Of a stretch of 64,000 nt of DNA, positions 46,765-55,231 are shown piece after piece. A model generated the notes under the pieces. The model was given only the letters and a program-made list of their open reading frames with translations. It made no database searches and had not been told where the DNA came from. The stretch comes from an uncultured Pseudomonadota bacterium (GTDB taxonomy: Bacteria > Pseudomonadota > Gammaproteobacteria > Steroidobacterales > Steroidobacteraceae), in contig CAIUGU010000039.1 of assembly GCA_903898785.1 (NCBI GenBank), positions 13,176-77,175 of the forward strand, given 5' to 3'. A program made the translations under genes and the position numbers. The first letter of the stretch is position 1, and each line of letters starts with the position of its first letter.

Positions 46765-47406
46765 CTACTGCTTGCCGTAGTCGATGGTGCTGTCGTAGTA
46801 GCCCGAGAACGTCAGGGTGATGACGACCGGGAATTCGTTGTAGTTCTGCCAGAACCAGCCGTGCTCGCCGGCGAACGGGGCAACCAGCGATCCGTGGCTC
46901 TCGCTGCCCTCCTGGAGTTCCTCGTAGCGGACGAATGCGTTGCCGGGGGCATCCGGCTCGTGGCCGTGGAAATCGACATACACCTTGCCCTGGTCGACCT
47001 TCCACGAATACAGGATGACCTGGGCTTCCCGCATGACCGCCTTGAACTCGGTTTCCTGGCTGGGCTTGAGCTCGATGGTGACGGTTTCGGTCTTAGCGGC
47101 GGCGGGATGGGGCTGGAAAACCGCCGGGTTGGGCAACGGGATGGGCTGGCCGAAGTCCGGGATGGGGACTTCCTTGTAGGCGGCATTGCCGCCGATGACG
47201 TCCTTGACCTGCAGCGTCCTGGCCGGCGCCTGCAGGGCCGTCAGTCCGAGAGCACCGCCGATGCCCGTGGGGTCGATGCCGTATTCGGCCGGCAGCACGA
47301 AGGCGACGAGCACCACGGCCGCGCCCGCGACCGCCAGACCGACGCTCTTGACCAGGCGGCCGGAGGAGGGCGGGGCTGCTTCGAACGGGGAGACGGGATC
47401 GGACAT
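46765..47406 (-). CDS. hypothetical membrane-anchored periplasmic protein with His-rich C-terminal domain
   Basis: ORF 46765..47637 trimmed to the ATG at 47406 after AGAGGA. One TM (VGLAVAGAAVVLVAFVL). DFHGHE, SESHG and GEHGWFW motifs. Confidence 0.6.
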   Translation of the reverse strand: MSDPVSPFEAAPPSSGRLVKSVGLAVAGAAVVLVAFVLPAEYGIDPTGIGGALGLTALQAPARTLQVKDVIGGNAAYKEVPIPDFGQPIPLPNPAVFQPHPAAAKTETVTIELKPSQETEFKAVMREAQVILYSWKVDQGKVYVDFHGHEPDAPGNAFVRYEELQEGSESHGSLVAPFAGEHGWFWQNYNEFPVVITLTFSGYYDSTIDYGKQ

Positions 47407-47554
47407 GGAAGGATCCTCTGATTGGCCTGGTTGCGCTCGCGACGGCGAGCCATGATGTTGATCGCGATCGGGAATGATATTGTCACGACCGACCGCAGAA
47501 AACATTAACTGTTGCGCCCGGCCTGTTGCCGCATCGCAACCAACGGAAACCAGC

Positions 47555-48238
47555 ATGCGCCAGTCCGCCTCGTCCCTGATTGCTGCCACCCTGCTGCTCC
47601 TCGTCGTGCCGGCTTGCTGGGCGCACGGTGTCGCCACCGGGGACGCCGCCTACCTGGAGCGACTGCAGGGCGTCGCATTCCTGCCGCTGATGTACCTCGG
47701 TGCCAAGCATATGGTCACCGGCTACGATCACCTGCTGTTCCTGGCCGGTGTCATTTTCTTCCTGTACCGCCTGAAGGACGTGGCGTTGTACGCGACGCTG
47801 TTCGCGATCGGGCACAGCACCACGCTGCTGATTGGCGTCCTTGCCGGCGTCCATGCCAATGCCTATATCGTCGATGCGATCATCGGCCTGTCCGTCGTGT
47901 ACAAGGCCTTCGAGAACATCGGCGGCTTCAAGCGGCTCGGGATCAGCATCGATACCCGGGCGGCGGTACTGCTGTTCGGCTTCGCTCACGGCTTCGGCCT
48001 GTCGACGAAGCTGCAGGACCTGTCGCTGTCGGCGCAGGGCCTCGTGCCGAACATGATTGCGTTCAACATCGGGGTCGAACTCGGCCAGCTCGCGGCGCTG
48101 ACCGTCATTCTCATCGCCTTTACTGCGTGGCGCCGCAGCGGCACGTTCAATCGCGGTGCCTATGCCGCCAACGTGCTGATCATGGCGGCCGGCTTCGCGC
48201 TGTTCGGATACCAGCTGACGGGCTATCTCGTCGCCTGA
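47555..48238 (+). CDS. HupE/UreJ-family membrane protein (metal transporter-like)
   Basis: ORF 47474..48238, ATG at 47555. Signal peptide ...VPACWA then HGV. GYDHLLFLAGVIF signature, multiple TM. Confidence 0.75.
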   Translation: MRQSASSLIAATLLLLVVPACWAHGVATGDAAYLERLQGVAFLPLMYLGAKHMVTGYDHLLFLAGVIFFLYRLKDVALYATLFAIGHSTTLLIGVLAGVHANAYIVDAIIGLSVVYKAFENIGGFKRLGISIDTRAAVLLFGFAHGFGLSTKLQDLSLSAQGLVPNMIAFNIGVELGQLAALTVILIAFTAWRRSGTFNRGAYAANVLIMAAGFALFGYQLTGYLVA

Positions 48239-48250
48239 GAGGGCCCGTTC

Positions 48251-48883
48251 ATGAGCGACAGGATTGCCTTCTACACGAACCCGATGTCGCGCGGTCGGGT
48301 GGCGCACTGGATGCTGGAGGAGGTGGGTGCGCCCTACGACCTCCATCTGGTCAACCTCGAGAAAGGGGAACAGAAGCAGCCCGCTTTCCTTGCAGTCAAT
48401 CCGATGGGCAAGGTGCCTGCCATCGTCCATCGCGGGGTCGTCATCACCGAGACGTCCGCGATCTGCATGTACCTGGCCGACGCGTTCCCTGCGGCGAACC
48501 TCGCGCCGGCGATCAGCGATCCGGCTCGCGGCACTTACCTGCGCTGGTTCTTCTTTGCGGCCAGCTCGCTGGAATACGCGCTGATGGACAAGGCGTTCCC
48601 GCGCGCAGGCACGCCGCATGTCGGGCAGCTCGGCTACGGGACGTATGAGAGGGCGCTGGAGACGCTCGAGCTTGCGCTTCGCCCCGGCCCCTGGATTCTC
48701 GGCGACCGGTTCAGCGCAGCGGACGTCTATCTCGGCTCGCAGATGGGCTGGGCGCTGATGGTGAAGAACCTGGAGCCGCGGCCGCTGTTCGTCGAGTACG
48801 TGGCGCGATGCAACGAGCGTCCGGCCATGAAGCGCATGATCGAGCGCAACAACGAACTCGCGGCGCAGCTCAAAGCCGGCTGA
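48251..48883 (+). CDS. glutathione S-transferase family protein
   Basis: Thioredoxin-like N-domain (NPMGKVPAIV...ITETSAICMYL) and helical C-domain. Confidence 0.85.
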   Translation: MSDRIAFYTNPMSRGRVAHWMLEEVGAPYDLHLVNLEKGEQKQPAFLAVNPMGKVPAIVHRGVVITETSAICMYLADAFPAANLAPAISDPARGTYLRWFFFAASSLEYALMDKAFPRAGTPHVGQLGYGTYERALETLELALRPGPWILGDRFSAADVYLGSQMGWALMVKNLEPRPLFVEYVARCNERPAMKRMIERNNELAAQLKAG

Positions 48884-48923
48884 AGGAACCTCCGCTCTGC
48901 TCGCTGCCGGCAGCAGCGGGGGC

Positions 48924-49952
48924 CTACCTCCTGAGGCCCGTAGCGGCCTTTTTCACTGACTCGTCGCTGCTTACGGCGGCATCGTTCTCGACGAAACTGA
49001 AGTCCGGGAACTGACTCGTTCCGTCGTCCCTCCTGATGATGGTGTTGTTGCTGTTCTCGCGACAGTCCCAGTAACGCAGGCGCAGCTGATGGTCGTCGTT
49101 CGCGAGCTTCGTGTAGCTCTGGCGGGTGTACCAGGGTTTCGCGAGATTGATGGGGTCGTACACCCAGACGTCGGCCTGTACCGTCGTGTCGTCCACCTTG
49201 CGCCACCGCTCGACCGTCGTGACCTGGCCTGAGTAGTCCGGCACGATGCCGCGCTGGTACGGGCCGGGGAGCAGGTGCTTCGTGTGGGTGGTCAGCGTAC
49301 CGCCGTCCCAGAAGCCGATGGTGTCACCGTTCCAGGTGGCGTACGCGTCTTCGTCGGCGGTATGCGCGCGGCCGTCGGTGTAGACGCGGCGGCTGTCGTT
49401 GACCATTTCATTGACGAGCCAGGTCTGATGCGGCGTCACGATCCATTCCCTCAGGAAATGCACTGTGAACCAGCGAGGCGTGCCCGGCGGACGACAGTCG
49501 CTGATCGGGTCGTATTCGCCGCCCGTCTTCGCGATCTGTTCCCGCTTCTTGCTGACCGCCTGAGCGCCCGCCGGGGTGAGCTGCGCCGTCTCCGGGTCGG
49601 TGGCGCCCTTCAAGTCCGTATCGAAGTGCAGGGGGCCCTTGGTACGGGAGTAAATGCCCGACCAGTCATAGAGAGGATCGCCCATCTGGGCCCAGGTCAG
49701 CGGCTTGCCGCCGCCAGCGTCTGCCTGCAGCTTGTCGAACAGGGATTGCGAAGACTCAAACTGCTCACCCAAGGCCTGCAGTTCGGCCTTCCGGGCTGCC
49801 CAGTCGTCGCCCTGATTGACCCAGGCCATGCCTGTCGTCGCCGAGTTCGAGACCGCGGTGGGCACATGGACGCCTTCATCGGACCTGCCACAGCCTGCAA
49901 GCGTCGTGGCAATCACGGCAGCGGGAAGTAGCAGCGCTCCGATGCGGAGCAT
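48924..49952 (-). CDS. hypothetical lipoprotein, paralogue B
   Basis: ORF 48924..49982 (GTG). ATG at 49952 gives MLRIGALLLPAAVIATTLAGCG. It shares long identical blocks with paralogue A (GGEYDPISDCRPPGTPRWFT, NLAKPWYTRQSYT, LRLRYWDCRENSNN). Confidence 0.75.
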   Translation of the reverse strand: MLRIGALLLPAAVIATTLAGCGRSDEGVHVPTAVSNSATTGMAWVNQGDDWAARKAELQALGEQFESSQSLFDKLQADAGGGKPLTWAQMGDPLYDWSGIYSRTKGPLHFDTDLKGATDPETAQLTPAGAQAVSKKREQIAKTGGEYDPISDCRPPGTPRWFTVHFLREWIVTPHQTWLVNEMVNDSRRVYTDGRAHTADEDAYATWNGDTIGFWDGGTLTTHTKHLLPGPYQRGIVPDYSGQVTTVERWRKVDDTTVQADVWVYDPINLAKPWYTRQSYTKLANDDHQLRLRYWDCRENSNNTIIRRDDGTSQFPDFSFVENDAAVSSDESVKKAATGLRR

Positions 49953-49986
49953 TGACCCGACATTCAATGGGCGATCTCCCACCGGG

Positions 49987-50430
49987 TCACTTCAACGTGA
50001 CGTAGCTTTCGAGGCGCGCGACTTCCCTGGCGTCGACGTACTTGCCGATTTCCTTCCTGAACTGCTCGATGTTCCTGTACGGGCGGTACTCCTCGAACTC
50101 GCGTGCCATGCGCGTGGTCATGCCAGGAATCAGCATGATTTCGTCGCGGCTGGCCTTGTTGAGGTCGATCTGCAGGAACAGCTTGCCGTAGAGTTCCTTG
50201 CGCTGCGCTTCGTTCAATACCTTGGACACGGCCGCGTTGAACGCTGCCGTCGTTGCATACGGCCTGCCCGCCACGATGGCCTGGCTCACCGGGTCGGTGA
50301 CGTTGGGCAGGGCCTTCAGGGCCGCCGGTTCGGCGGTGTTCGGATTGAGCAGGCTGCCCTGCGCGATGGCCACCTGGCTGATCGAGGCGCAGGCCAGCAA
50401 CGTGGCGGCGAGGGCGGTATGCAATTTCAT
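49987..50430 (-). CDS. secreted tandem helix-hairpin-helix (ComEA-like) protein
   Basis: ORF 49987..50580 trimmed to the ATG at 50430 after GGAGA. Has a signal peptide. IDLNKASRDEIMLIPGMT HhH motif. Confidence 0.65.
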   Translation of the reverse strand: MKLHTALAATLLACASISQVAIAQGSLLNPNTAEPAALKALPNVTDPVSQAIVAGRPYATTAAFNAAVSKVLNEAQRKELYGKLFLQIDLNKASRDEIMLIPGMTTRMAREFEEYRPYRNIEQFRKEIGKYVDAREVARLESYVTLK

Positions 50431-50636
50431 GGAGTTCTCCGCAGGAAGAAGTCGGTACCGTGACGATGGAATCGATCCTAGAGAGACAGGTTGCCCGCGG
50501 TCAACGAATCCCACACGATCTGGCAATTCTTCATCTATCTTGACGTTGGCCGCGTTGTACTCGCGCGGGCAGGGCGGCACTCTGCCATCGCTCGAGACGA
50601 GTACAGCGGAGACTTGACCATGACCGGACCCGGACC

Positions 50637-51215
50637 GTGCTGAGATCCCGTTACCTGCTCTGGATCCTGCTGGCCTTGCCGGCCGCCCTCATGCTGAACG
50701 GCTACTGGCGCGAGACGCTCGTGTATGGCGAGGTCGTGCACGCAAGCGGGGAAACGGCAGTGCGACTGCTGATCGTGACGATGGCGGCGACGCCGCTGTG
50801 CCTGATGTTTCCGGGTGCGCCACTGCCGCGCTGGTTGCTCGCGAATCGCCGCTATTTCGGCGTCGCGTCGTTTGCGTATGCCTTGCTGCACGCCGTGACT
50901 TACATCGAACGCAAGGGCGAGCTCGACGTGATCGTCGACGAGGCGAAGGAGGTCGGCATGGCAACGGGCTGGGTCGCCACGGCCCTGATGCTGCTGCTCG
51001 CCGTGACCAGCAACGACGCTTCCGTGCGACGCCTGCGAAGGGCGTGGAAAAGCCTGCACCGATGGGTCTATGCGGCAGCCGTGCTCACTTGCCTGCACTG
51101 GGTGCTCTCCGCGTTCGATCCGACGGGCGCCTATATCCATTTCGCCGTGCTCGCGCTGCTCGAGGGCTATCGGATATGGAAAGTCCGGTTCGCACCCGCG
51201 CGAGGCAACGCCTGA
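50637..51215 (+). CDS. ferric-reductase-like transmembrane haem-b protein (MsrQ/YedZ-like)
   Basis: GTG start. Six hydrophobic segments with conserved His positions (ALLHAVTY, LHRWVY). No MsrP partner is adjacent. Confidence 0.65.
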   Translation: MLRSRYLLWILLALPAALMLNGYWRETLVYGEVVHASGETAVRLLIVTMAATPLCLMFPGAPLPRWLLANRRYFGVASFAYALLHAVTYIERKGELDVIVDEAKEVGMATGWVATALMLLLAVTSNDASVRRLRRAWKSLHRWVYAAAVLTCLHWVLSAFDPTGAYIHFAVLALLEGYRIWKVRFAPARGNA

Positions 51216-51222
51216 TCGCGCA

Positions 51223-51939
51223 TCACGCCAGCGCTTCGCGATCGAGGCTGGTCCTCACTTCCGCGGGCAATTTGAGCCGCGCCGCGAGCGCATCGAGGTA
51301 GGCGCGCTCCGCAGCGCTGTCCGGATCGATCGCGAGCCTCGATGCCAGGTACAGCTCGGCCGCCTGCTCCGGACTCGCGACCAGCGATGCAATCACGGCG
51401 GGTTCGGCCGGCTTCGCCAGCGCATCGAATACCATCGCCTTGTCTTCCGCATCCAGGCCGAGGCGTTCCACTTCGGCGAACAGGCGCTGCTGTTCGTTCG
51501 CATCCACTTCCCCGTCCGCCTTGGCCGCCGCGATCATGCCCCTGACCAGCACCAGCTCGAACGAGCTGCCATCGGCAGCGGGCTGCGCATGCGGCAGCAA
51601 CGCAGGGGGCGTGCTTGCTGTCGCGAGGGAGGGCGGTGCCTGTGCGGGAGGGGCGCCGGGTGTCGCACCGGCACCCTGGCGATAGGCTTCCCATGCGCGG
51701 TAAGCGATGGCACCGAGGACTGCCGCGCCGCCATAGCCCGCAGCGCCGCCGGCCAGCTTGCGCACCTTGCGGCTGCCTAGCAGGAGCCCGATCAGTCCTC
51801 CCGTCACGGCGCCGGCACCGAACGCCTGCGTCCCCTTGGTCTGGTCCAGTCTGTCGCGGGCTTGCGAGGCAGCTCCTCGCCAGTCTCCCGCCACGCTGCC
51901 GCCCAGAACCTGCTCAAGCAATTGCTTCGGATCGATCAT
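51223..51939 (-). CDS. DUF533 / TerB-family (YebE-like) protein
   Basis: ATG after AAGGAG. Central Gly-rich TM, and C-terminal TerB-like repeat (MIAAAKADGEVDANEQ). Confidence 0.8.
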   Translation of the reverse strand: MIDPKQLLEQVLGGSVAGDWRGAASQARDRLDQTKGTQAFGAGAVTGGLIGLLLGSRKVRKLAGGAAGYGGAAVLGAIAYRAWEAYRQGAGATPGAPPAQAPPSLATASTPPALLPHAQPAADGSSFELVLVRGMIAAAKADGEVDANEQQRLFAEVERLGLDAEDKAMVFDALAKPAEPAVIASLVASPEQAAELYLASRLAIDPDSAAERAYLDALAARLKLPAEVRTSLDREALA

Positions 51940-52021
51940 GGCCCACTCCTTTTGTGTGCCTATGTGACCGATGCGGGTCCGGTTTGTTCAAGGCGCCGCT
52001 GCAGGGCGGGACGCCGGGCGA

Positions 52022-52030
52022 TGCTATACT
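52022..52030 (+). promoter_or_regulatory. extended -10 promoter candidate (TGcTATACT) for the riboswitch-ribH transcript
   Basis: aTGCTATACT lies about 45 nt upstream of the aptamer. There is no good -35, which is compatible with an extended -10 promoter. Confidence 0.4.
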
Positions 52031-52072
52031 CGCGGCGCCGTCGGCCCGGGGTGATCCCTCGAGGCCGGCGGG

Positions 52073-52262
52073 CGTTCTCGGGGCGGGGTGCAATTCCCCA
52101 CCGGCGGTGATAGCGAGAGATCGCATAAGCCCGCGGGCGCTCCGAAAAGAGGACAGATCTATTTTCCAGTGCCGGGCGGGAAAATAGATCTGTCCCCTTG
52201 TTCGGAGGACAGCAGATCCGGTGCGAATCCGGAGCCGACGGTACAGTCCGGTTACGAGAGCG
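52073..52262 (+). promoter_or_regulatory. FMN riboswitch (RFN element) aptamer with an unusually long P4 hairpin
   Basis: Conserved strings TCGGGGCGGGGTGCAATTCCCCACCGGCGGT, AAGCCCGCGGGCGC and GGACAGCAGATCCGGTGCGAATCCGGAGCCGACGGTACAGTCCGG. P1 is CGTTCTC/GAGAGCG. It lies upstream of a lumazine synthase gene. Confidence 0.9.
52151..52197. repeat. palindromic REP/MITE-like element, copy 1 (inside riboswitch P4)
   Basis: GGACAGATCTATTTTCC (52151..52167) pairs perfectly with GGAAAATAGATCTGTCC (52179..52195), with an 11-nt loop. Confidence 0.85.
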
Positions 52263-52264
52263 GT

Positions 52265-52343
52265 TCGACGGGTTTAATGGGGACAGATCTATTTTCCGGG
52301 GCTACCCGTCAGAAAATAGATCTGTCCCCATTAAACCCGTCGA
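52265..52343. repeat. palindromic REP/MITE-like element, copy 2 (32-bp perfect arms)
   Basis: Arms 52265..52296 and 52312..52343 are perfectly complementary. The inner 16-18 nt (GGGGACAGATCTATTTTC) is identical to copy 1. 15-nt loop. Confidence 0.9.
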
Positions 52344-52375
52344 GTCTGTGCGCCCCGGTCCGCGGTTCCATGTAG

Positions 52376-52906
<531 letters not shown>

Positions 52907-52908
52907 CG

Positions 52909-54474
52909 CTATTGCACGGCTCGCGCGCCGTCGATCCGGAAGCGCACGAAGGGCAGTTGCTCCTGGTTGATTCCGACGCCCGTGCCGGCCGTCGTGCGCT
53001 CGCCTGATGCAAGCGGGCCCCGAATGCGAACGGCATTGCCCTGTGTCGCGACAGTGCCGTTCGCGTCCACCATCACCGGCGTGACCTGGATGTCGCTCAT
53101 GCCCACCGGCGAGCGGTTCTGCACGACGACGACCAGCTGGCCCTGTGCATCGATCTGGGCGGCGGCCGCCACATAGTTGCCGGGATTCTGGGGCAGGTCG
53201 ATCTTCACGAACTCCGCAGCCGCCTGGTTGCCGATGGGGCTGTCGGATCCTGCGGCTGCCTTGTAGTACTCAAGCGCCTTCGGCAGGTTGCCCTTCTCGC
53301 GCTCGATCTGCCCGAGATAGAACGCGGCCGGCGCGGTCGGCAGCAACTGCGCGCTGCGTGCGAGCCACTCTTCGGCCTTCGCCCGGTTACCGAGCTGCAT
53401 CTGCGCGACGCCGGCGCCGAGATACGAACCGAAGTAGCCCGGATTCAAGTCCATGGCGCGGGTGTAGTGCGTCGCCGCCTGTTGCGGTTGCTTCTCGGAC
53501 AGGGCGACTTCACCCAGGAACTCATGGAAGCGGCCCTCGCGCGGCACGGCTGCGGACGCTTCGGTGGCGAGCCGCTTCGCCGTCGCGTAGTCCTTCTTGC
53601 GCGCCGCGGCCACGGCCTGCTCATGCTTGTCATAGGCCGGCTTCAGGTCGTTGAGGGGTTTCATGCGGGCGGCATAGCGTTCCGCGCCGACATCGCCGCC
53701 GCGGCCAAGCTCGGCTGCCGTCTGCTGGTTGCGGGTCACGCGTTCCATCGACGGCGGATGCGACGCGAACATGCCGTCCAGCCAGCCCTGCGAGCGGGCG
53801 CCCTGTTCCGACAGCCGCACGAACGTCTCCTGCAGCGTGACCGCGCCCCACGGATCGTAGCCGGCGAGTTTCATGTACTTCATGCCGTACAGATCGCTTT
53901 CGAGTTCCTGGTCGCGGCCGTACTTCATCTGGATCATCTGCGCGCCGACGCCCGCACCCTGGATCAGCAGGCCCGCGATGTTGGCGTCCGCACCGCCCAC
54001 CGCCGCGCCGATCTGCGCCGCCGCCATGCCCGCCTGCAACAGCGTGCCGCGTTCCTGCGCCTTGGCGCCGTGGCGAGCGGCGGCGTGCACGATTTCGTGG
54101 CCGAGCACGGCCGCAAGCTCGGCCTCATTCTTGAGCTCCGTGAGCAGCCCGCGATTCACGGCGATCTTGCCGCCGGGCAGCGCCCACGCGTTCGGCACGG
54201 AGTTGTTGAGGACCACGAATTCATACGGCAGCTTCCGGTCCGACACGGCGGCCAGTTTCTGGCCGACTTCGTTGACGTACGTCGTGAGGTCCGGCACGAC
54301 GCCGAAATCGCCACCCTCGCTCTGGCGCGTGGGGGCATAGTTCTGCGCGCCGATGGCGAGTTCCTGAGACTCGGAGACGAACTGCAGCTCCTTCTTGCCC
54401 GTCACGGGATTCACGCCACAGGCCGCCAGCAGGACGGCGATCGATCCGATCAGCAGCACGTGCAATGTCTTCAT
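52909..54474 (-). CDS. M48-family zinc metallopeptidase lipoprotein with TPR domain (BepA/YfgC-like)
   Basis: ORF 52909..55662 trimmed to the ATG at 54474. Lipobox LLAACG. HEIVH zinc motif, and C-terminal TPR-like repeats. Confidence 0.85.
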   Translation of the reverse strand: MKTLHVLLIGSIAVLLAACGVNPVTGKKELQFVSESQELAIGAQNYAPTRQSEGGDFGVVPDLTTYVNEVGQKLAAVSDRKLPYEFVVLNNSVPNAWALPGGKIAVNRGLLTELKNEAELAAVLGHEIVHAAARHGAKAQERGTLLQAGMAAAQIGAAVGGADANIAGLLIQGAGVGAQMIQMKYGRDQELESDLYGMKYMKLAGYDPWGAVTLQETFVRLSEQGARSQGWLDGMFASHPPSMERVTRNQQTAAELGRGGDVGAERYAARMKPLNDLKPAYDKHEQAVAAARKKDYATAKRLATEASAAVPREGRFHEFLGEVALSEKQPQQAATHYTRAMDLNPGYFGSYLGAGVAQMQLGNRAKAEEWLARSAQLLPTAPAAFYLGQIEREKGNLPKALEYYKAAAGSDSPIGNQAAAEFVKIDLPQNPGNYVAAAAQIDAQGQLVVVVQNRSPVGMSDIQVTPVMVDANGTVATQGNAVRIRGPLASGERTTAGTGVGINQEQLPFVRFRIDGARAVQ

Positions 54475-54533
54475 CGCCGGTTCCTTGGGAGTCACGAAGC
54501 AGCTGCGCCCCCGGGGGAGGCTATCGTCCGATT

Positions 54534-55064
54534 CTACTGCGGGACTGGCGTACCGTAACCGCGACCTGGCGGCGCGACGTAGTCGCCGAGTTCGCCGCTG
54601 GCCGCCAGCTCCCGGATGCGCACCACCGTGTCGATGTCCGACTGCTCGTAGGCCTGGCGACGCAGTTCGGCCACGAGCCTGTCCTCGGGCTGGCCGAAGT
54701 CGGCATCCGGGTACTCGTAGATGAAGCGCAGGAACAGCAGCTCGGGCGCCGGCTCCTCGATCGTGATCGACAGCGTCGACTGCGGCCACTGCTCGGTCGC
54801 GACGGCCGTGATCACGATATGGCTGCCCTCGACCAGCTGCACCTGGTCCCTGACCCGGAATGTGCCGAAGTCCAGCGTGCGGTTCAGCGTCGTGACATCG
54901 GCAGCGCGGTGTTCCGAGTCCACGGTCGAGCCCTCGAGGCCACGTGCGAAGCCGGCAGGCGAGCGGCCGCGGTGGACGAGGCCAAGCCACAACTGCTGCC
55001 GCGACAGGAAGTCCACCAGCGCGAGTCGCGGGTCGTTGATCTGGATGAGGTGCTCGAAATGCAT
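54534..55064 (-). CDS. DUF1857 / SRPBCC-fold protein
   Basis: ORF 54534..55217 trimmed to the ATG at 55064. MHFEHLIQINDP...LSRQQLWLGLV is the typical DUF1857 N-terminus. Confidence 0.7.
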   Translation of the reverse strand: MHFEHLIQINDPRLALVDFLSRQQLWLGLVHRGRSPAGFARGLEGSTVDSEHRAADVTTLNRTLDFGTFRVRDQVQLVEGSHIVITAVATEQWPQSTLSITIEEPAPELLFLRFIYEYPDADFGQPEDRLVAELRRQAYEQSDIDTVVRIRELAASGELGDYVAPPGRGYGTPVPQ

Positions 55065-55072
55065 GGGCAGAA

Positions 55073-55125
55073 CGGGGGGCGGTCCCTTTTTCCGCATGAT
55101 GGGCAAAAAAAGCGGATCTGTCCCC
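55073..55125. repeat. degenerate copy of the palindromic element
   Basis: The right arm AAAAAGCGGATCTGTCCCC shares GATCTGTCCCC and the A-run with the canonical arm. The left arm GGGGGGCGGTCCCTTTTTCC is only partly complementary. Confidence 0.45.
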
Positions 55126-55231
55126 GGTTTTGCGCCGGCCCCGGTCGATCCTCCGCACTTCCCCGGCGTTCCTCTGCGCGCGTCTGCAAGGTATAAGAGA
55201 CGTCCGGTCCCCGGCACGCAAAGGCCCCTCC

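Noticed and set aside
52151-52343. Possible CRISPR array, because of two identical repeat cores about 130 nt apart.
   Set aside because: There are only two copies. Each is itself a hairpin (inverted, not direct, repeat organisation). The spacing is occupied by riboswitch sequence, and there are no cas genes in the window.
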